Shown: positions 1 to 11,009 of the stretch, in pieces
Layout of the letters: each line of letters begins with the position of its first letter
Position numbering within the stretch: the first letter of the stretch is position 1
Assembly (NCBI GenBank): GCA_026936335.1
Contig: JAPMXV010000043.1
Span: forward strand, 248,001 to 312,000
Origin: Mantamonas sphyraenae STR306
Lineage: Eukaryota; Protista; CRuMs
Direction: 5' to 3'
Length of the DNA: 64,000 bases
Notes under the pieces: model-generated
What the model was told of the DNA's origin: nothing
Databases searched by the model: none
What the model saw: the letters and a program-made list of their open reading frames with translations, nothing else
Made by a program: the position numbers and the translations under genes

Positions 1-3000
1 AGTCTGCCGTTTGGGCTACGCACTACATCCAATTCACTGGCGAGTGGGACCCGCTCCAGGTCGATCACTTTATTGCCATGCTGTGGATCCTGCTGCGGCC
101 AACCTCAACCAACAACGCCGCCCTCCTCGGCTCTCAGCAGCTCAAGCAGACCTTTGAAACACTTGCAAATGCTCTCAGCGAAGCAGAGGCTCCCTCTCGT
201 GACGGTTGGGTGTTTATCGACGAAGCAGAGGCGCCTCCGCTAGACACCGACGACGGATGGTCCTCCTCCTCCTCGTCCGGGGCCGCAAAGACCCCTTCCG
301 ACCGCACCGCCGTGGACAACGAAGACACAATGGTGGCATTCTTCACGCAGTTTCCCTTTGTGCCCTTTTTCAACCACATTTTCGACGAGACGAGCACGGA
401 GCTCGACAGCCAGTTGCAAGTGTTTTCCCTCGGCTCGTTCCTTTTGCGCATTCTCTCGTCCGTGTTTGTCAACTACGGGCGCTACCGTCGATTTGTGCGC
501 ATTGCTGGCAAGACGGTGTGTATGCTGGTGCAACACGTGAGCGTGTGGTGCAATCGCGTGTTTGGCGCCGCGTACAACGCTGGCGTCGCTGTGTCGCCCC
601 GCATCCAACGTGAGCTCAACCAATTTTGCGGGTTGGCCGTTCAGTTCCTGTTGGGCTCCAAGGAAATGGGCGTGTGGCAATTCCTGTCCGATCTGCCATA
701 CCAGCATGTCAGCGGCCACTCCGCTTGGCTCATGCTTTTCCTCATGGTGTGTGGACGCCCACGCAGGGGCATGCAAGTGCCCTCTAGCAAGACCGAATGG
801 GACGATATGATGGACGACGACCACATGCGCCGAGTTCAGTTTGCCAAGCGGCTCGAGTCCAGCAAAGAGGCCCCTTTCCTGCTGATGGCCATCTCCGCGC
901 TCGCCTCGGCCCAATTCAGCAATGTGGACCTGTGTCGCGTCGTCGTCCAAGAGCTGTTTTACCCTTGCTACGTGCATCCTTCCTCCCGCGACCTCTTCTA
1001 CAAACAGGGTCGCGACCTGCTTGACCCGATTTGCCGCGTGCGCCCAGCCCTGATCTCCGACCTGCTGCAGGCCGCCGACACGCATATGGACCGCGTCGGC
1101 AGGATATCCATGCACATGTTCAAAGGCCTGCCTATGGAACTGTGGCGCCCCACCGAGGCTCACATCGACCTGCTTGGCACCTGGTTGCGCAAAGGCCTTG
1201 ATTCAGACGCGCACGCCGTTGCACGCTGCGTACTCGACGCCCTCGACTACAGCATCGACAACAGCGTCGAAGACGGTGCTGTGTACGACACGCTCACGGG
1301 TGTCCAGCAGGACCAGCTTCTGAACCGACATCTGGACGAGTCGCACCACGCCTTTCTGGGCCACAATGTTCACCTTCGCATTGCCCTACAATTGGCAGAG
1401 TCTGTGCGATTCCACATGTCCATGGCCAGCATGCTGACTTCGCTCAGTGGCAGTTGGTCGTCTGTGCACGCCTTTTCCGAATGGGCTTGGAAACTGGCCA
1501 GCAAACTGTACCTGACGTCGTACATGCGCACCCTCCAGCCCATGGACGTGTTCAAGGAGCCTTCCATGGGCGACATGGTCCAGATGCTCGACAGCGACAG
1601 GCCAGTGGCCAATGGTCTCGTTGCCTACCTGCTACTGCGCATCTCCACCGTCGGCGTCGACCCGGCGCTGTTTTCCAAGCATGGATGGCGTCTGTTGCAA
1701 CTCATGGTGTACGAAGCCACCCATCAGGACGCGTGGTGCCGTGTACTCTATCACATGCTGCCCACTCTCATGGCCAGTCCTGAACTCGACGCCGTCAGCG
1801 CGGCAAACGCATCCTCCTCCTCCTCCTCGTCTTCCACGCGCGGCCCTTCTACAGACACAGCAGACGCGCCGTCTTTGGACACAGATGCACACCCTACGCT
1901 GACCCAGCTGCTTACGGGGCTGTTCTACGCCGATCAGAGCATGGAAGCAAGCGCCACGGGCATCTACAATGCGTTCACAGGCACGCGAGACAAGGTGGGT
2001 CCGCACACAAGAAAGCTGGGCTCGCTGGTGAGCTTCCAGGTGTACACAGCATTTCTGAGCTACGGCGACCAAAGCAACATGGCACCGTCGGAGCAGCGGG
2101 CCAGTATCCTTCACTCGATTGCACGCTTCTGGATGCGAGAGCTTGCTGCCATGCCTGCATGGTACGCCGATCTGTGCACGTGCTACACGATGGAACAGCT
2201 GATGGGCGCCTGTCAGCTCTCGCGCTGCTCCGCTGCCATCCACACATGGGCCATGCAGCAGCAGGGCGCCCTGGAGCAGGCACGCGCCAACGACCAGTCC
2301 ATGTTTTCATTCTTTTCGTCCACACCCGAGTCCCTTGAAGCCGTCCTGGACAAGAACGCAGAGCTGCTGTCCAACTTTCCCCGTGTGGTGTACCACTTGC
2401 TCGCTGCCGTTGGGCGCCTGCAAGACCAACAAAGCGTGCACATCCAATCTTTGCTTGCACACCAAGTGCCGGGCAACCTGGACATCGATGCACTCCTCAA
2501 GCGTCTCAAGAGCTCCGACCGCAAGCTGCTGCGCGGCCTTGTGTTCTACCGCTGGGTGCACTGGGTCTGTCAGCTCGACTTGCACGATCCCATGCTCATT
2601 CTGTTTGCCCAGGGTATGTTCAAGAGCTTCTTTGTGCGCTGTGCCGAAACTTCACCTGCCGGTGCATACTTTCTCGGTGCCCTTCTCCTCTCGGGCAAGG
2701 AAGGGCAGCAATTGCGCGATTCTTTGGGCCAGCGCTTCCAACGCGCATCCCAGTACTACGCTGGTATGGCCGAAAAGGAAACGGGATATCGCAGCAGCGA
2801 TTCGTCGTCCTCTTCGTCCTCGTCCTCCAACTCGACCTCGGCGTGGTCCAAGGTGCATATGGAGGAGAGGAGGCCACAGTTTCGCATGCTGTCGTCGCTG
2901 TTCAACGCCATGTCGATGTGGCTGCAAGAGCAGAGCGTGTCGTATCTGGAGCAGCGGATGGCCTCTGCCGGCTACGACACGTCGGACGCGTGCACGCCGT

Positions 3001-6000
3001 ACATCGAGTCCCTGCTGCACGAGATGCCCCTCGAGTCGCAAGAGTGGTTGGATTTGGTGGATGGGACATCGCTTCGGCAGAGCATCCTGGAATCGTGGCG
3101 CCTGTGGCTGTTGCCAAGCTCCGTGCATCACAAACTCAGCGGCAGCCTGTTGGTCACATCGAACACGAGTGCAGACACGAGTGGCAGCAAGCGCAAGGGG
3201 TCAATTTTCACAGAGACGGGCGAGTACCTGCCTGCGCCGGAGTGGGACATGTCGCCGCCGGCTGTGGAAGCGCGAGACGTGGATTCGGGATACGAACTGA
3301 GCACGCTCGTGCACAAGGACATCTCGGAGCTGGTTCGGGTGGCGTCTCAGTTCCAGAAACGCTTGGAGCTGCATCTGGAGGTGGACCAGGAGTTTCTGGA
3401 GCTTGCGTGCAGGCAGTTTGAAAACCAGAGGCGTCAGAAGAAGGTGGTGCGCCCTTGTGTGAATGGTCCCTCCGTGTGCAGGCACCCACCCCAGTTTGTG
3501 CTGTCGTTCAGCGAGATTGTCAAGGTGGAAACGGTGCAGGTGGAGATTGGACACAACCGCAGCCGTGCGCGCGAGCTCATCACTCCCATGGACCTGCGCA
3601 GCAGCCTATGCACAACCATCCTGCGTGTGCAGCTGACAGTGGATGAACTTGCCAGCAGGCTGCATGCAAAACCCTCGCTGCTGGGCCAGGGCTGCCGCTG
3701 GTACTTCCAGCTCATGCAGCTGGACACAGATCAAACGCGCACCTTTCCGCCCACGCGCGACTTTCTGGAGACCACCCTGCGCCAGGTGGCTGCCAAGTTT
3801 ATGGCCAAGAGCCGACGCGATCTGCCTGCGTTTGTTCAGAGCATTGTGGCGCATCCACATCACACGTCGCTGTTGTGCGACCACGTGCACCCGAGTCTGG
3901 ATTACACCGTGTTTGTGGACATGTATGTCGATGTGCTCAATGCCGTGCCCGATCTGGGTCAGGCAAACGCACAGCTGCTCCTGGCTCGCTTCCCCGTGGC
4001 TCCATGGATGGAGAGCGGCGCCGCCGGGATGGCCGAACGCACGCAGCTGCTCGATGCCATCTTTGCACGTGTGCTGATCAACAAGAAATTGATGATCATG
4101 CGAGAGCTCTGGATGGATCAGCTGCAGGTGTTTGTGCAGGTGTACATGTCGGACGTGGCCTCGCATCAGGAGCACGTGTTGCGACTGCTGCTCGACGCCT
4201 CGGTCGATGGCTCCCTGGAACCCAGTGTGTGGAAAGCTGTCGGGGATGCGGGAATGGAACGCCAACTGGGTGCGCCTGCCTTGTTGGACACGGTGCAGGA
4301 CATTGTGGAGACCATGTGGAGTGTCCGGCACTCCAACGCGGCAGCTCGTCGTGTGTTCTTCTCGGCGTGGGCCGGGTACATTCCGCACCTGACTTCCCTG
4401 CTCTGTCGCATTGCGTGTGCCGACGTGCTGTGTGCACAGAGTGCGGCTGTGGTAGACGGCGTGCCTCCGTCGTGGCAGGCGCTGGTGGATTTTTCCAAAC
4501 CGCTCGTGTGCACGCTGGTCAAGGAAAACCCGCAGAGTCGAGGCAGCAAGGATCGCTTTGTATACGACGTGCCCTGGAACAAGGAATTTGGCGACGTGGG
4601 TCGTGGGGTCATCAAGAGCGTGTTTGAGTGCGTGCAAGCGCTCCACAGCAAGCAGCAGTGCACCGGTGCTGCTATCTTCCACCTGTACACTCAGCTGAGT
4701 GACGATGGGCCCGTGCAGATCCAACAGATGATCCACAACGCCATCAGCAAGCTGCCGTGGGAGGGAATCCCGGCAGCTTCGCCTCTGCTCGACGCCATGT
4801 TTTCACGTGTGCCTGCGTACGCCTCCAACTCCATCTCCCAGCACTTTTTCCTCAGCGACCTGATGCGCAGACTCGACTGGACGGCTGCGGCTGAGCAGGC
4901 CCTTTTGTTTGGCCAGCCCAATGTGGGCCAGTTTGCAGCCTCCGCTCTGCGTCTGCTCCTCATCTACCTCAACTCGCGTCCCATTCCCTTTGGGCCGTCG
5001 CTAACTTTTTTCTTGCTCCAGATGGCCAACAAGTTGCCATGGGACATGCTCTCTGAGTCGCAGTTTGCGGACATCCTTGCCGACCAAACTGTGCTCCACT
5101 GTCCCCTCGTCGAGGTGCCCCAGGATGCCAATTGGGCCAGCGGCCTCATGCCCGACAGCAGCCAGAGTCTGGGTGCATTCCTGAAGCACAGCGGCGACGG
5201 AGGGGCAAGCGACAAGTCGGTAAACGTGACCAACGTGTCCGACAAAGTCCTCCTCATGCTGCTGCTTCTTGGACGAGCAGGCGAGACCTCTGCACTGGAG
5301 AGTGATTCCTCACAGGAGGCCCCCAACGAAGACCTTGCGCGCATGTGCGCAAAGACAGGCCATTACGTCTCGTTTGTCAGCTCCATGCTGCGGCACACGG
5401 CCCCGCAACCTGGCAAAACCTACACCGAGAGTGCCATGGACGCAGTGTACTCCAGTGGGGCGTTTCTGGATTCTGTGTTTGAAGACACTCCATCGTCGAC
5501 GTCCTCCTCGGCCGCATCAGCCTCGTCGTCGTCGCACAACAGCAACATACTGCGGGTGCCTTTGTTCAACCTGGACGCGTACTGCGACCACGTTCACGCA
5601 ATGCTGGAGCTGACGGTGCTTGTGCAGACGCGTGGCAAAGGCATGGGAGCGCGAGTGGTGCAGAGCTGCGTGGAGCAGGTGGTGAGTCTGATCAACGCGC
5701 AAAAGGGCCCATCCACAGCGCGTGTGGTCATGGAAACAGTGAGCGAATTTGTGTGCGCACATCCTCACGTGGCCTCGGACGTGCTCGACGTGGCATGTCG
5801 TCGGGTGGCCAGCCTCGAGCTGTTGGCCGATCTTTGCGAAGTTTGCATCGAAGCGGCCGGCAACGCAAGCCACAGCTGGCACGAGGCCATACAGCAGCTG
5901 CAGATCCCGCAGATGCAGTACGAAGACTTTCTCAACCTGTGCCTGGAACGTGGCCTGGGCCTGACGCTGTGCACTCACGCGTTGCAGCTACTGGCAACTG

Positions 6001-6596
6001 GCTCCGACGAGAGCCACCTGCGCCACGTGCTGTACCGAACCTCGTTGTGGGCAGTCAGTTTTGTGCCCCAGGCAGGTCTGAACGAGTACAAGGCGGTGAT
6101 TCTGTGGTCTCTGACCATGCAGCAGATGCTCTTGCATGTTGTGCGTGCACACGACGAACAGCTGGCCGAAGCCCTGCTCACACTGGCCAACCACCTGTTG
6201 GACAAGATGGGCGACCCGGGCATCCTCGATGGCTTTCTGAAAATGGTTGGGGTGCAGCGCAGCGGCCTGTCCCAAGGCTTCCAGTTGTTCAGCAAGCACT
6301 TGGGCGCGTACCTGTTGCACCTGCTCGTGTCTCGAGACATGGTGACCAACAGCAAGCTTTTGAACAAAGCCACGGCCAAGCACGAGAAGCTGTTTGCAAG
6401 CATGGCCGGCCTTGCATTTGCACGCGAGAATTCGGCGTACGAACAGGAGCTGGAAACAGCCCAGCAGTTGATGGTCAGCGATGTCCAGGCCTGCCAGTAT
6501 GTGTCTCAAACGGCCCCTTTGTTCTTTGCCAACGACGAGGGGGTTCACTGGGACTGGATGCTGGACATCAACAACGAGATCGGAGAGGAGGAGTGA
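1..6596 (+). CDS. EPG5: EPG5 autophagosome-lysosome tethering factor, 5'-truncated by the window edge
   Basis: The frame is open from base 3, upstream of the ORF-track Met at 78. Recognisable EPG5 blocks: WATHYIQF..DHFIAML, WVFIDE..EDTMVAFFTQFPF, WQFLSDLPY, LPMELWRPT, FYRWVHW..HDPMLILFAQ, TRTFPPTRDF. More than 2190 aa, helical, no intron seen. Confidence 0.85.
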   Translation, partial: SAVWATHYIQFTGEWDPLQVDHFIAMLWILLRPTSTNNAALLGSQQLKQTFETLANALSEAEAPSRDGWVFIDEAEAPPLDTDDGWSSSSSSGAAKTPSDRTAVDNEDTMVAFFTQFPFVPFFNHIFDETSTELDSQLQVFSLGSFLLRILSSVFVNYGRYRRFVRIAGKTVCMLVQHVSVWCNRVFGAAYNAGVAVSPRIQRELNQFCGLAVQFLLGSKEMGVWQFLSDLPYQHVSGHSAWLMLFLMVCGRPRRGMQVPSSKTEWDDMMDDDHMRRVQFAKRLESSKEAPFLLMAISALASAQFSNVDLCRVVVQELFYPCYVHPSSRDLFYKQGRDLLDPICRVRPALISDLLQAADTHMDRVGRISMHMFKGLPMELWRPTEAHIDLLGTWLRKGLDSDAHAVARCVLDALDYSIDNSVEDGAVYDTLTGVQQDQLLNRHLDESHHAFLGHNVHLRIALQLAESVRFHMSMASMLTSLSGSWSSVHAFSEWAWKLASKLYLTSYMRTLQPMDVFKEPSMGDMVQMLDSDRPVANGLVAYLLLRISTVGVDPALFSKHGWRLLQLMVYEATHQDAWCRVLYHMLPTLMASPELDAVSAANASSSSSSSSTRGPSTDTADAPSLDTDAHPTLTQLLTGLFYADQSMEASATGIYNAFTGTRDKVGPHTRKLGSLVSFQVYTAFLSYGDQSNMAPSEQRASILHSIARFWMRELAAMPAWYADLCTCYTMEQLMGACQLSRCSAAIHTWAMQQQGALEQARANDQSMFSFFSSTPESLEAVLDKNAELLSNFPRVVYHLLAAVGRLQDQQSVHIQSLLAHQVPGNLDIDALLKRLKSSDRKLLRGLVFYRWVHWVCQLDLHDPMLILFAQGMFKSFFVRCAETSPAGAYFLGALLLSGKEGQQLRDSLGQRFQRASQYYAGMAEKETGYRSSDSSSSSSSSSNSTSAWSKVHMEERRPQFRMLSSLFNAMSMWLQEQSVSYLEQRMASAGYDTSDACTPYIESLLHEMPLESQEWLDLVDGTSLRQSILESWRLWLLPSSVHHKLSGSLLVTSNTSADTSGSKRKGSIFTETGEYLPAPEWDMSPPAVEARDVDSGYELSTLVHKDISELVRVASQFQKRLELHLEVDQEFLELACRQFENQRRQKKVVRPCVNGPSVCRHPPQFVLSFSEIVKVETVQVEIGHNRSRARELITPMDLRSSLCTTILRVQLTVDELASRLHAKPSLLGQGCRWYFQLMQLDTDQTRTFPPTRDFLETTLRQVAAKFMAKSRRDLPAFVQSIVAHPHHTSLLCDHVHPSLDYTVFVDMYVDVLNAVPDLGQANAQLLLARFPVAPWMESGAAGMAERTQLLDAIFARVLINKKLMIMRELWMDQLQVFVQVYMSDVASHQEHVLRLLLDASVDGSLEPSVWKAVGDAGMERQLGAPALLDTVQDIVETMWSVRHSNAAARRVFFSAWAGYIPHLTSLLCRIACADVLCAQSAAVVDGVPPSWQALVDFSKPLVCTLVKENPQSRGSKDRFVYDVPWNKEFGDVGRGVIKSVFECVQALHSKQQCTGAAIFHLYTQLSDDGPVQIQQMIHNAISKLPWEGIPAASPLLDAMFSRVPAYASNSISQHFFLSDLMRRLDWTAAAEQALLFGQPNVGQFAASALRLLLIYLNSRPIPFGPSLTFFLLQMANKLPWDMLSESQFADILADQTVLHCPLVEVPQDANWASGLMPDSSQSLGAFLKHSGDGGASDKSVNVTNVSDKVLLMLLLLGRAGETSALESDSSQEAPNEDLARMCAKTGHYVSFVSSMLRHTAPQPGKTYTESAMDAVYSSGAFLDSVFEDTPSSTSSSAASASSSSHNSNILRVPLFNLDAYCDHVHAMLELTVLVQTRGKGMGARVVQSCVEQVVSLINAQKGPSTARVVMETVSEFVCAHPHVASDVLDVACRRVASLELLADLCEVCIEAAGNASHSWHEAIQQLQIPQMQYEDFLNLCLERGLGLTLCTHALQLLATGSDESHLRHVLYRTSLWAVSFVPQAGLNEYKAVILWSLTMQQMLLHVVRAHDEQLAEALLTLANHLLDKMGDPGILDGFLKMVGVQRSGLSQGFQLFSKHLGAYLLHLLVSRDMVTNSKLLNKATAKHEKLFASMAGLAFARENSAYEQELETAQQLMVSDVQACQYVSQTAPLFFANDEGVHWDWMLDINNEIGEEE

Positions 6597-6616
6597 TCTG
6601 ATCTGCAGATTCAAAA

Positions 6617-8092
6617 TCATCGAAAATGCACTCTCTGTCCACCCAGACCCACAAGCCAGCCCAACACACGCTCCATTACCTCGTCGGGCAACGTACTCCA
6701 GTGTGCACTTGGTGTGTACGCGTCCATGCCTCCTGCGGAAAACATGCGTTCCCTTTCCTCTCCGTTCATGAGCAATCCCATTTCCGCTGCTCCGTCAATC
6801 TCGTCATCCCACATCCAATGCCAAGAACGTCGCCATCCACGACTGTGAGCCCATTGTCGTGCACAGCAGCCGTAGTCCTCGCCATACGGGTGCAAGTCGG
6901 GACTTGCCCCCCACTCGCGTAGCAAATCAACCACTCGGTCGTTCTCCTCTTCCACAGCAATCATCAGTGCTGTTTTCTTCCCTCGCGGAATGTACCGTGA
7001 TTCAGGTACGGTCCAGGCGTCCACAGCAACGCCCCACTCGAGTTGTTCCCTCATCTCGTCCAGATCGCCCTCCTTCACTGCCTCCAGGAAATCATGTTTG
7101 TGTTGGCTGCTTGTTTGCATCACTTCCCGCATTTTGGGGTCGATGATGACTCCCAAAACGTATGTACGCTTGTTGGCGTGCAGGGCCTCGCGGAAGAACT
7201 CGGATGCCGCAGCCGACATGTTGCGGTTGAGGCACAAGTCGAGACGCTGCAAGGAGGGTGACCGTGCAATCGCTTCACTGATGCTCCTTGCTCCACCGTC
7301 TCCCACACGGTTGTTGTGCAGTGAAACCATGCTCAGCGAGGGGCATTCCCCCAACCCCGGTGCCAGGGCGGACGCCACCTTTTCGTTCACTGAGCACTCT
7401 CGCAGATACAAACATTGCAATGTTGTGCTCTTGCACAGAGCATCGGACAGCGCAGCCGCGCCCTGGACGCCGAGGTAGGCGCCGGGCAAGGAGAAGACTC
7501 TCAACCTTGGCAAATCACACAGAGTCTTGGCCAATGCCACTGTGCCACGTGTTCCAATCCCACAATTGTACAGCGACAGGCTGTAAAGGCGTGGCAACAA
7601 TGGCAACACACCAGCTAGCAGTTCGGCGCCGTCGTCGCCAAGCAAACCGCTGTTGAGAACCAGGTTCTGCAGATGACAACGGCGGCCCAATGCCTCTGTG
7701 AACTCCTCTATGGCTTCTCCCTGAATCGTGGCGTTATGGAGTTCCACTGTTGTGATCTCCAACGGCGTTGATGCCACCAAGAGAGCGGCAGCTTCGGCAT
7801 CCAGGTTGGCAGAGCTGACTTTCAGCGTCTCCAGCCTCACACACGCACGCACCACCTCTGCCAGCACATCCAAGGCGTCCTTTTCGATGCATTCAGGGTA
7901 AAGCGAGATCTCGCGCAAATACTGCAGTGCCGCACCGGCCTCGAGCAACTTGCCGAGACCCGCCGAGTCGAGTCGCACACGTTCGGCAACCTTCACCGCA
8001 TGCGACTTGGACAGCGCTTGGCAAATGTCATCAACAGTTCCATCGTCAAACAACTCTGGCCAACTGGGGTCCACTTTGCGGGTGCGGCTCAT
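6617..8092 (-). CDS. RI-like LRR protein with two ankyrin repeats and a C-terminal F-box-like motif (about 491 aa)
   Basis: Repeated LxxLxLxxNx(I/L)GDxGA units, ankyrin motif TALMIAVEEENDRVVDLLREWGA, terminal WSTLPDEVMERVLGWL. Start placed at MSRTRK (8092). The ORF-track extension to 8332 looks non-coding. Confidence 0.75.
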   Translation of the reverse strand: MSRTRKVDPSWPELFDDGTVDDICQALSKSHAVKVAERVRLDSAGLGKLLEAGAALQYLREISLYPECIEKDALDVLAEVVRACVRLETLKVSSANLDAEAAALLVASTPLEITTVELHNATIQGEAIEEFTEALGRRCHLQNLVLNSGLLGDDGAELLAGVLPLLPRLYSLSLYNCGIGTRGTVALAKTLCDLPRLRVFSLPGAYLGVQGAAALSDALCKSTTLQCLYLRECSVNEKVASALAPGLGECPSLSMVSLHNNRVGDGGARSISEAIARSPSLQRLDLCLNRNMSAAASEFFREALHANKRTYVLGVIIDPKMREVMQTSSQHKHDFLEAVKEGDLDEMREQLEWGVAVDAWTVPESRYIPRGKKTALMIAVEEENDRVVDLLREWGASPDLHPYGEDYGCCARQWAHSRGWRRSWHWMWDDEIDGAAEMGLLMNGEERERMFSAGGMDAYTPSAHWSTLPDEVMERVLGWLVGLGGQRVHFR

Positions 8093-8384
8093 CAAAACAC
8101 GTTGGTTGCAATTGCGCGTGGAATCCGTTTCATTTCTGTTTGTGGTGTCCTCTTGAGTGCACCCACGTGTCCCTCGATTGGCAGAGAGAGCTGCGCCGAC
8201 AGCACCCGTCGCGCACGCGCCATGTGGTGGGGCAGCAGGGAAGGCCGTTCTGGACGAGACCAGTAGGCTTCCTGCGCGCTCACACGCACGCAAAGCGATG
8301 CAGCGACCAGGCAGACTGAGTTCGCGCTCCAATCATCTGCAGCTGGGACGACCTGTGGAGCAGTCTGAGGAAACAGTCGGAGTC

Positions 8385-10851
8385 TCACTCGGTCTTCTGC
8401 TTGCCCTTCCCTTGGGGCGGAATCTTGGCCTTGGCCAGCCGCGCCTTGTAGGCAGCCTTGACTCGCGAAAACATGAGCACCTGGAAGGCGGCTGCGGCGT
8501 AGTTGGTAAGCAGGACAGTGGTTGCGCCGACTGCGCCCAGGAGCCAGGGCAGGAGAACGGGGTTTACGTATCGCAGCACGGCGTGGTCGACGTGAAGGAT
8601 GGGTTTACCCAGAGCAGCATGGGTCAGAGTCAACATGAGGCTGATGGTGCCTGCGGAAAACAGCCACTGCACAAACGGCAGTTGCGGCTTGAGCATGAGC
8701 GTGAGCGGCAACGACGCAGCCAGCCAATAGGCAAGCAGCACGTACCAGTCAGCACGCACCCACGGTTGCAGCGCAAACAGGACAGAGGCACCAAACAGCA
8801 GGAGCATGGACATGATGAATGCGGTGAGCTGCGCGCCAACCTTAAAGTTGGCCGGGTTGAACAGGTGGGCCGGGGTCAGCTCTGCGCTGTTGCCGTGGCT
8901 GTCAAACAGACTCATCATGTCGGCCAGAGCCTGGTCGATGGCCACACGGAACATGTCAGCGTCTGTGTCCTCGCAGCGGCGGTAGGAGGTGACCGAGTAG
9001 AACAGCTCGTCGGCCTTCTTCATGTCGTAGTTCACGCCGTAGCCGTCGACCTTGACAGGGGCAAAGCCGTTGGGATACATGTAGTTGACAGTAGGCACTT
9101 GCGAGGTGGACAGGCGCCAGTCGCTGCTCTTGGCAAACGAGGGATCGTTGAACAGCTCCGGGGTCGGCTTGCCATGCGTGGCGGCAATCATGCGCAGACC
9201 CAACAGGCTACGATCGACATCCTTTGCATCCAAACAGCGCAGGGCTTGCTTTGCATGAAGTGCAGAACATTGGCGCAGCTTGTTGGCCTTGGCCTGTCGC
9301 GTGTGCTGCGACTGTTCGTCCGTCATCATGCGCACCCACTCAAGCACCTGCGGTTGTGCCGTACGGATCGTCGACGTGCGACCATGGCGAAACTTGCGAA
9401 TGTGGCACGACTCGTACGTTGCCGTCAGCTCGCCGTAGCAGCGGTACCACGCAAGCTGCATCGCCAGTTGCATGAAAGCATCCGGTCCACACCGCGCCGC
9501 AGTCTTGATTTGCTCGCGTCCAAATGGGCGGAAGCGAGACATGGCAAACTGGACGTCGTGGGCCACCTCGTCGGCAGCCTTGCGTCCGGCAGCCAAAGCG
9601 TCGCGGACAGTTTGGTCCACATTCCACTCCAAACGCTTGGCCTTGGGCAAGCTGCGCGTGATCTTGGCCTTTCCGAGAGTCGACAGGCTCTCGTCCATCA
9701 TCGTGCGGCAGGTGTTGAGGACCCAGTCGGTGATGTTGGAGGCCACGATGCCGTCCATGAGCGAATGCTCCAAGTTGCCACACCCTTCGCCGTTGGTGAA
9801 AAAGTACACTTGGTTGCCTGCGTCGTACCACATGTTGTGCGACGAGTCTGCGTTGCCGTGCAATCCCACCTTGCCCAACTGCACGCGGTCTTTCGGTGCA
9901 TAGTCTTCGAGCACAAACCAGATCAGTGCCGTCTGCACGTCCTCCAGCGACGCCTCGTTGACACCGCCCAGGCTACGTGTGTGCTCCACGCACTCGTACC
10001 ACGCGTCTCGGTCCAGGTATGTGCCCAGACCCATGCTTGGGTACTCGTCGACATCTCGTGCCGCATCCGCTTGCTCCACCACCGTCTGCAGCATTGCATA
10101 CAGCTCATGCGGCTCATAGTCTGCCTCGCCATCGTCAGGGATAACGTCCAGGCGGAAATACATGCCCTTGCGGGCCACAATGATGTGGCGCGAGTTTTCG
10201 GCGGTGCGCAGATGGTCGGCCTCTTTACCCGGCACACGATTGCATCCATACATGCGCGGGTATTGAGCCATGGAAAGAGGGTGCGTCTGGAAGAACTCCA
10301 CGGGAAATTCTTCGCTGTCAATCATTCGCTTGGAGCGGATGAGCGAGCCGAGATGGAACGCGGCTCGTTTTACGCCGTCCAGTTCGTACTTGCCGGCAAA
10401 CGACTCGTACGACATGAACACATTGGAGTTGCACACCAGCGGTGCACGGTACGAGTGGTACGCGAGGTACTCCCACCACTCCTCCAGCTGGTGTCCACAC
10501 GTGTCCAGCCCGGAGAGTTGTGTACGATTTTGGGTGTAAGTCGCGGTCCGAAATTTTAGGCGTAAAACATGCCGGGGCCCTCCGGGAACGGAGCGGCGTC
10601 GAAGACGGTATCGGTCACACTCACCAAGTCTTGCCCTCCTTCATCTTGGCGTCTGCTCGCTCCTGCAATAAGCCCTGCAGCTCGGTGCACTCCTTGGACG
10701 CCACAAAGTCGTCCACAAGCTTTTGCGTCCGCGCAATTTGGTCTGCGTCATGCACAACAGCCTTCACCGACTCCATGTACTCGGCTAGCGCCGCCTTCAT
10801 GTCCGGTACGGGCAGGTATGGCAGAGAGTCTTCGAATGCGAGCATGGACAT
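8385..10851 (-). CDS. Carnitine/choline O-acyltransferase with a C-terminal multi-TM extension. Exons about 10851-10625 and 10487-8385.
   Basis: LPYLPVP, (W)LEEWW, catalytic EHSLMDG, DAFMQLAMQLA, TYESCHIRKFRHGRT, LSTSQV, DGYGVNY. The intron 10624-10488 (GTGAGT..CAG) joins one base short of frame, probably a missing G. Confidence 0.88.
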
Positions 10852-11009
10852 GGTGAAACGTTGCGTGTGTGGTCTTTCGGGGAGATTGTAGTTTGTTGTG
10901 TTCGCGGTGACGCCGTTTCCACACACTCACACACATACACACACAACTGCATGGAGAGGCTGCGCTGGCCTTTCGTGCTGTGTGTGGTTCGGTTTGTGCA
11001 CTTGTTTGG

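Noticed and set aside
8157-10559. 800-aa plus-strand ORF, and similar long antisense ORFs at 10797-12515 and 56668-59115
   Set aside because: Shadow ORFs opposite recognisable genes in GC-rich DNA, with no motifs of their own.
10488-10624. Non-canonical GT-CA intron in the acyltransferase
   Set aside because: All other introns are GT-AG, and one missing G in CAGG explains the phase.
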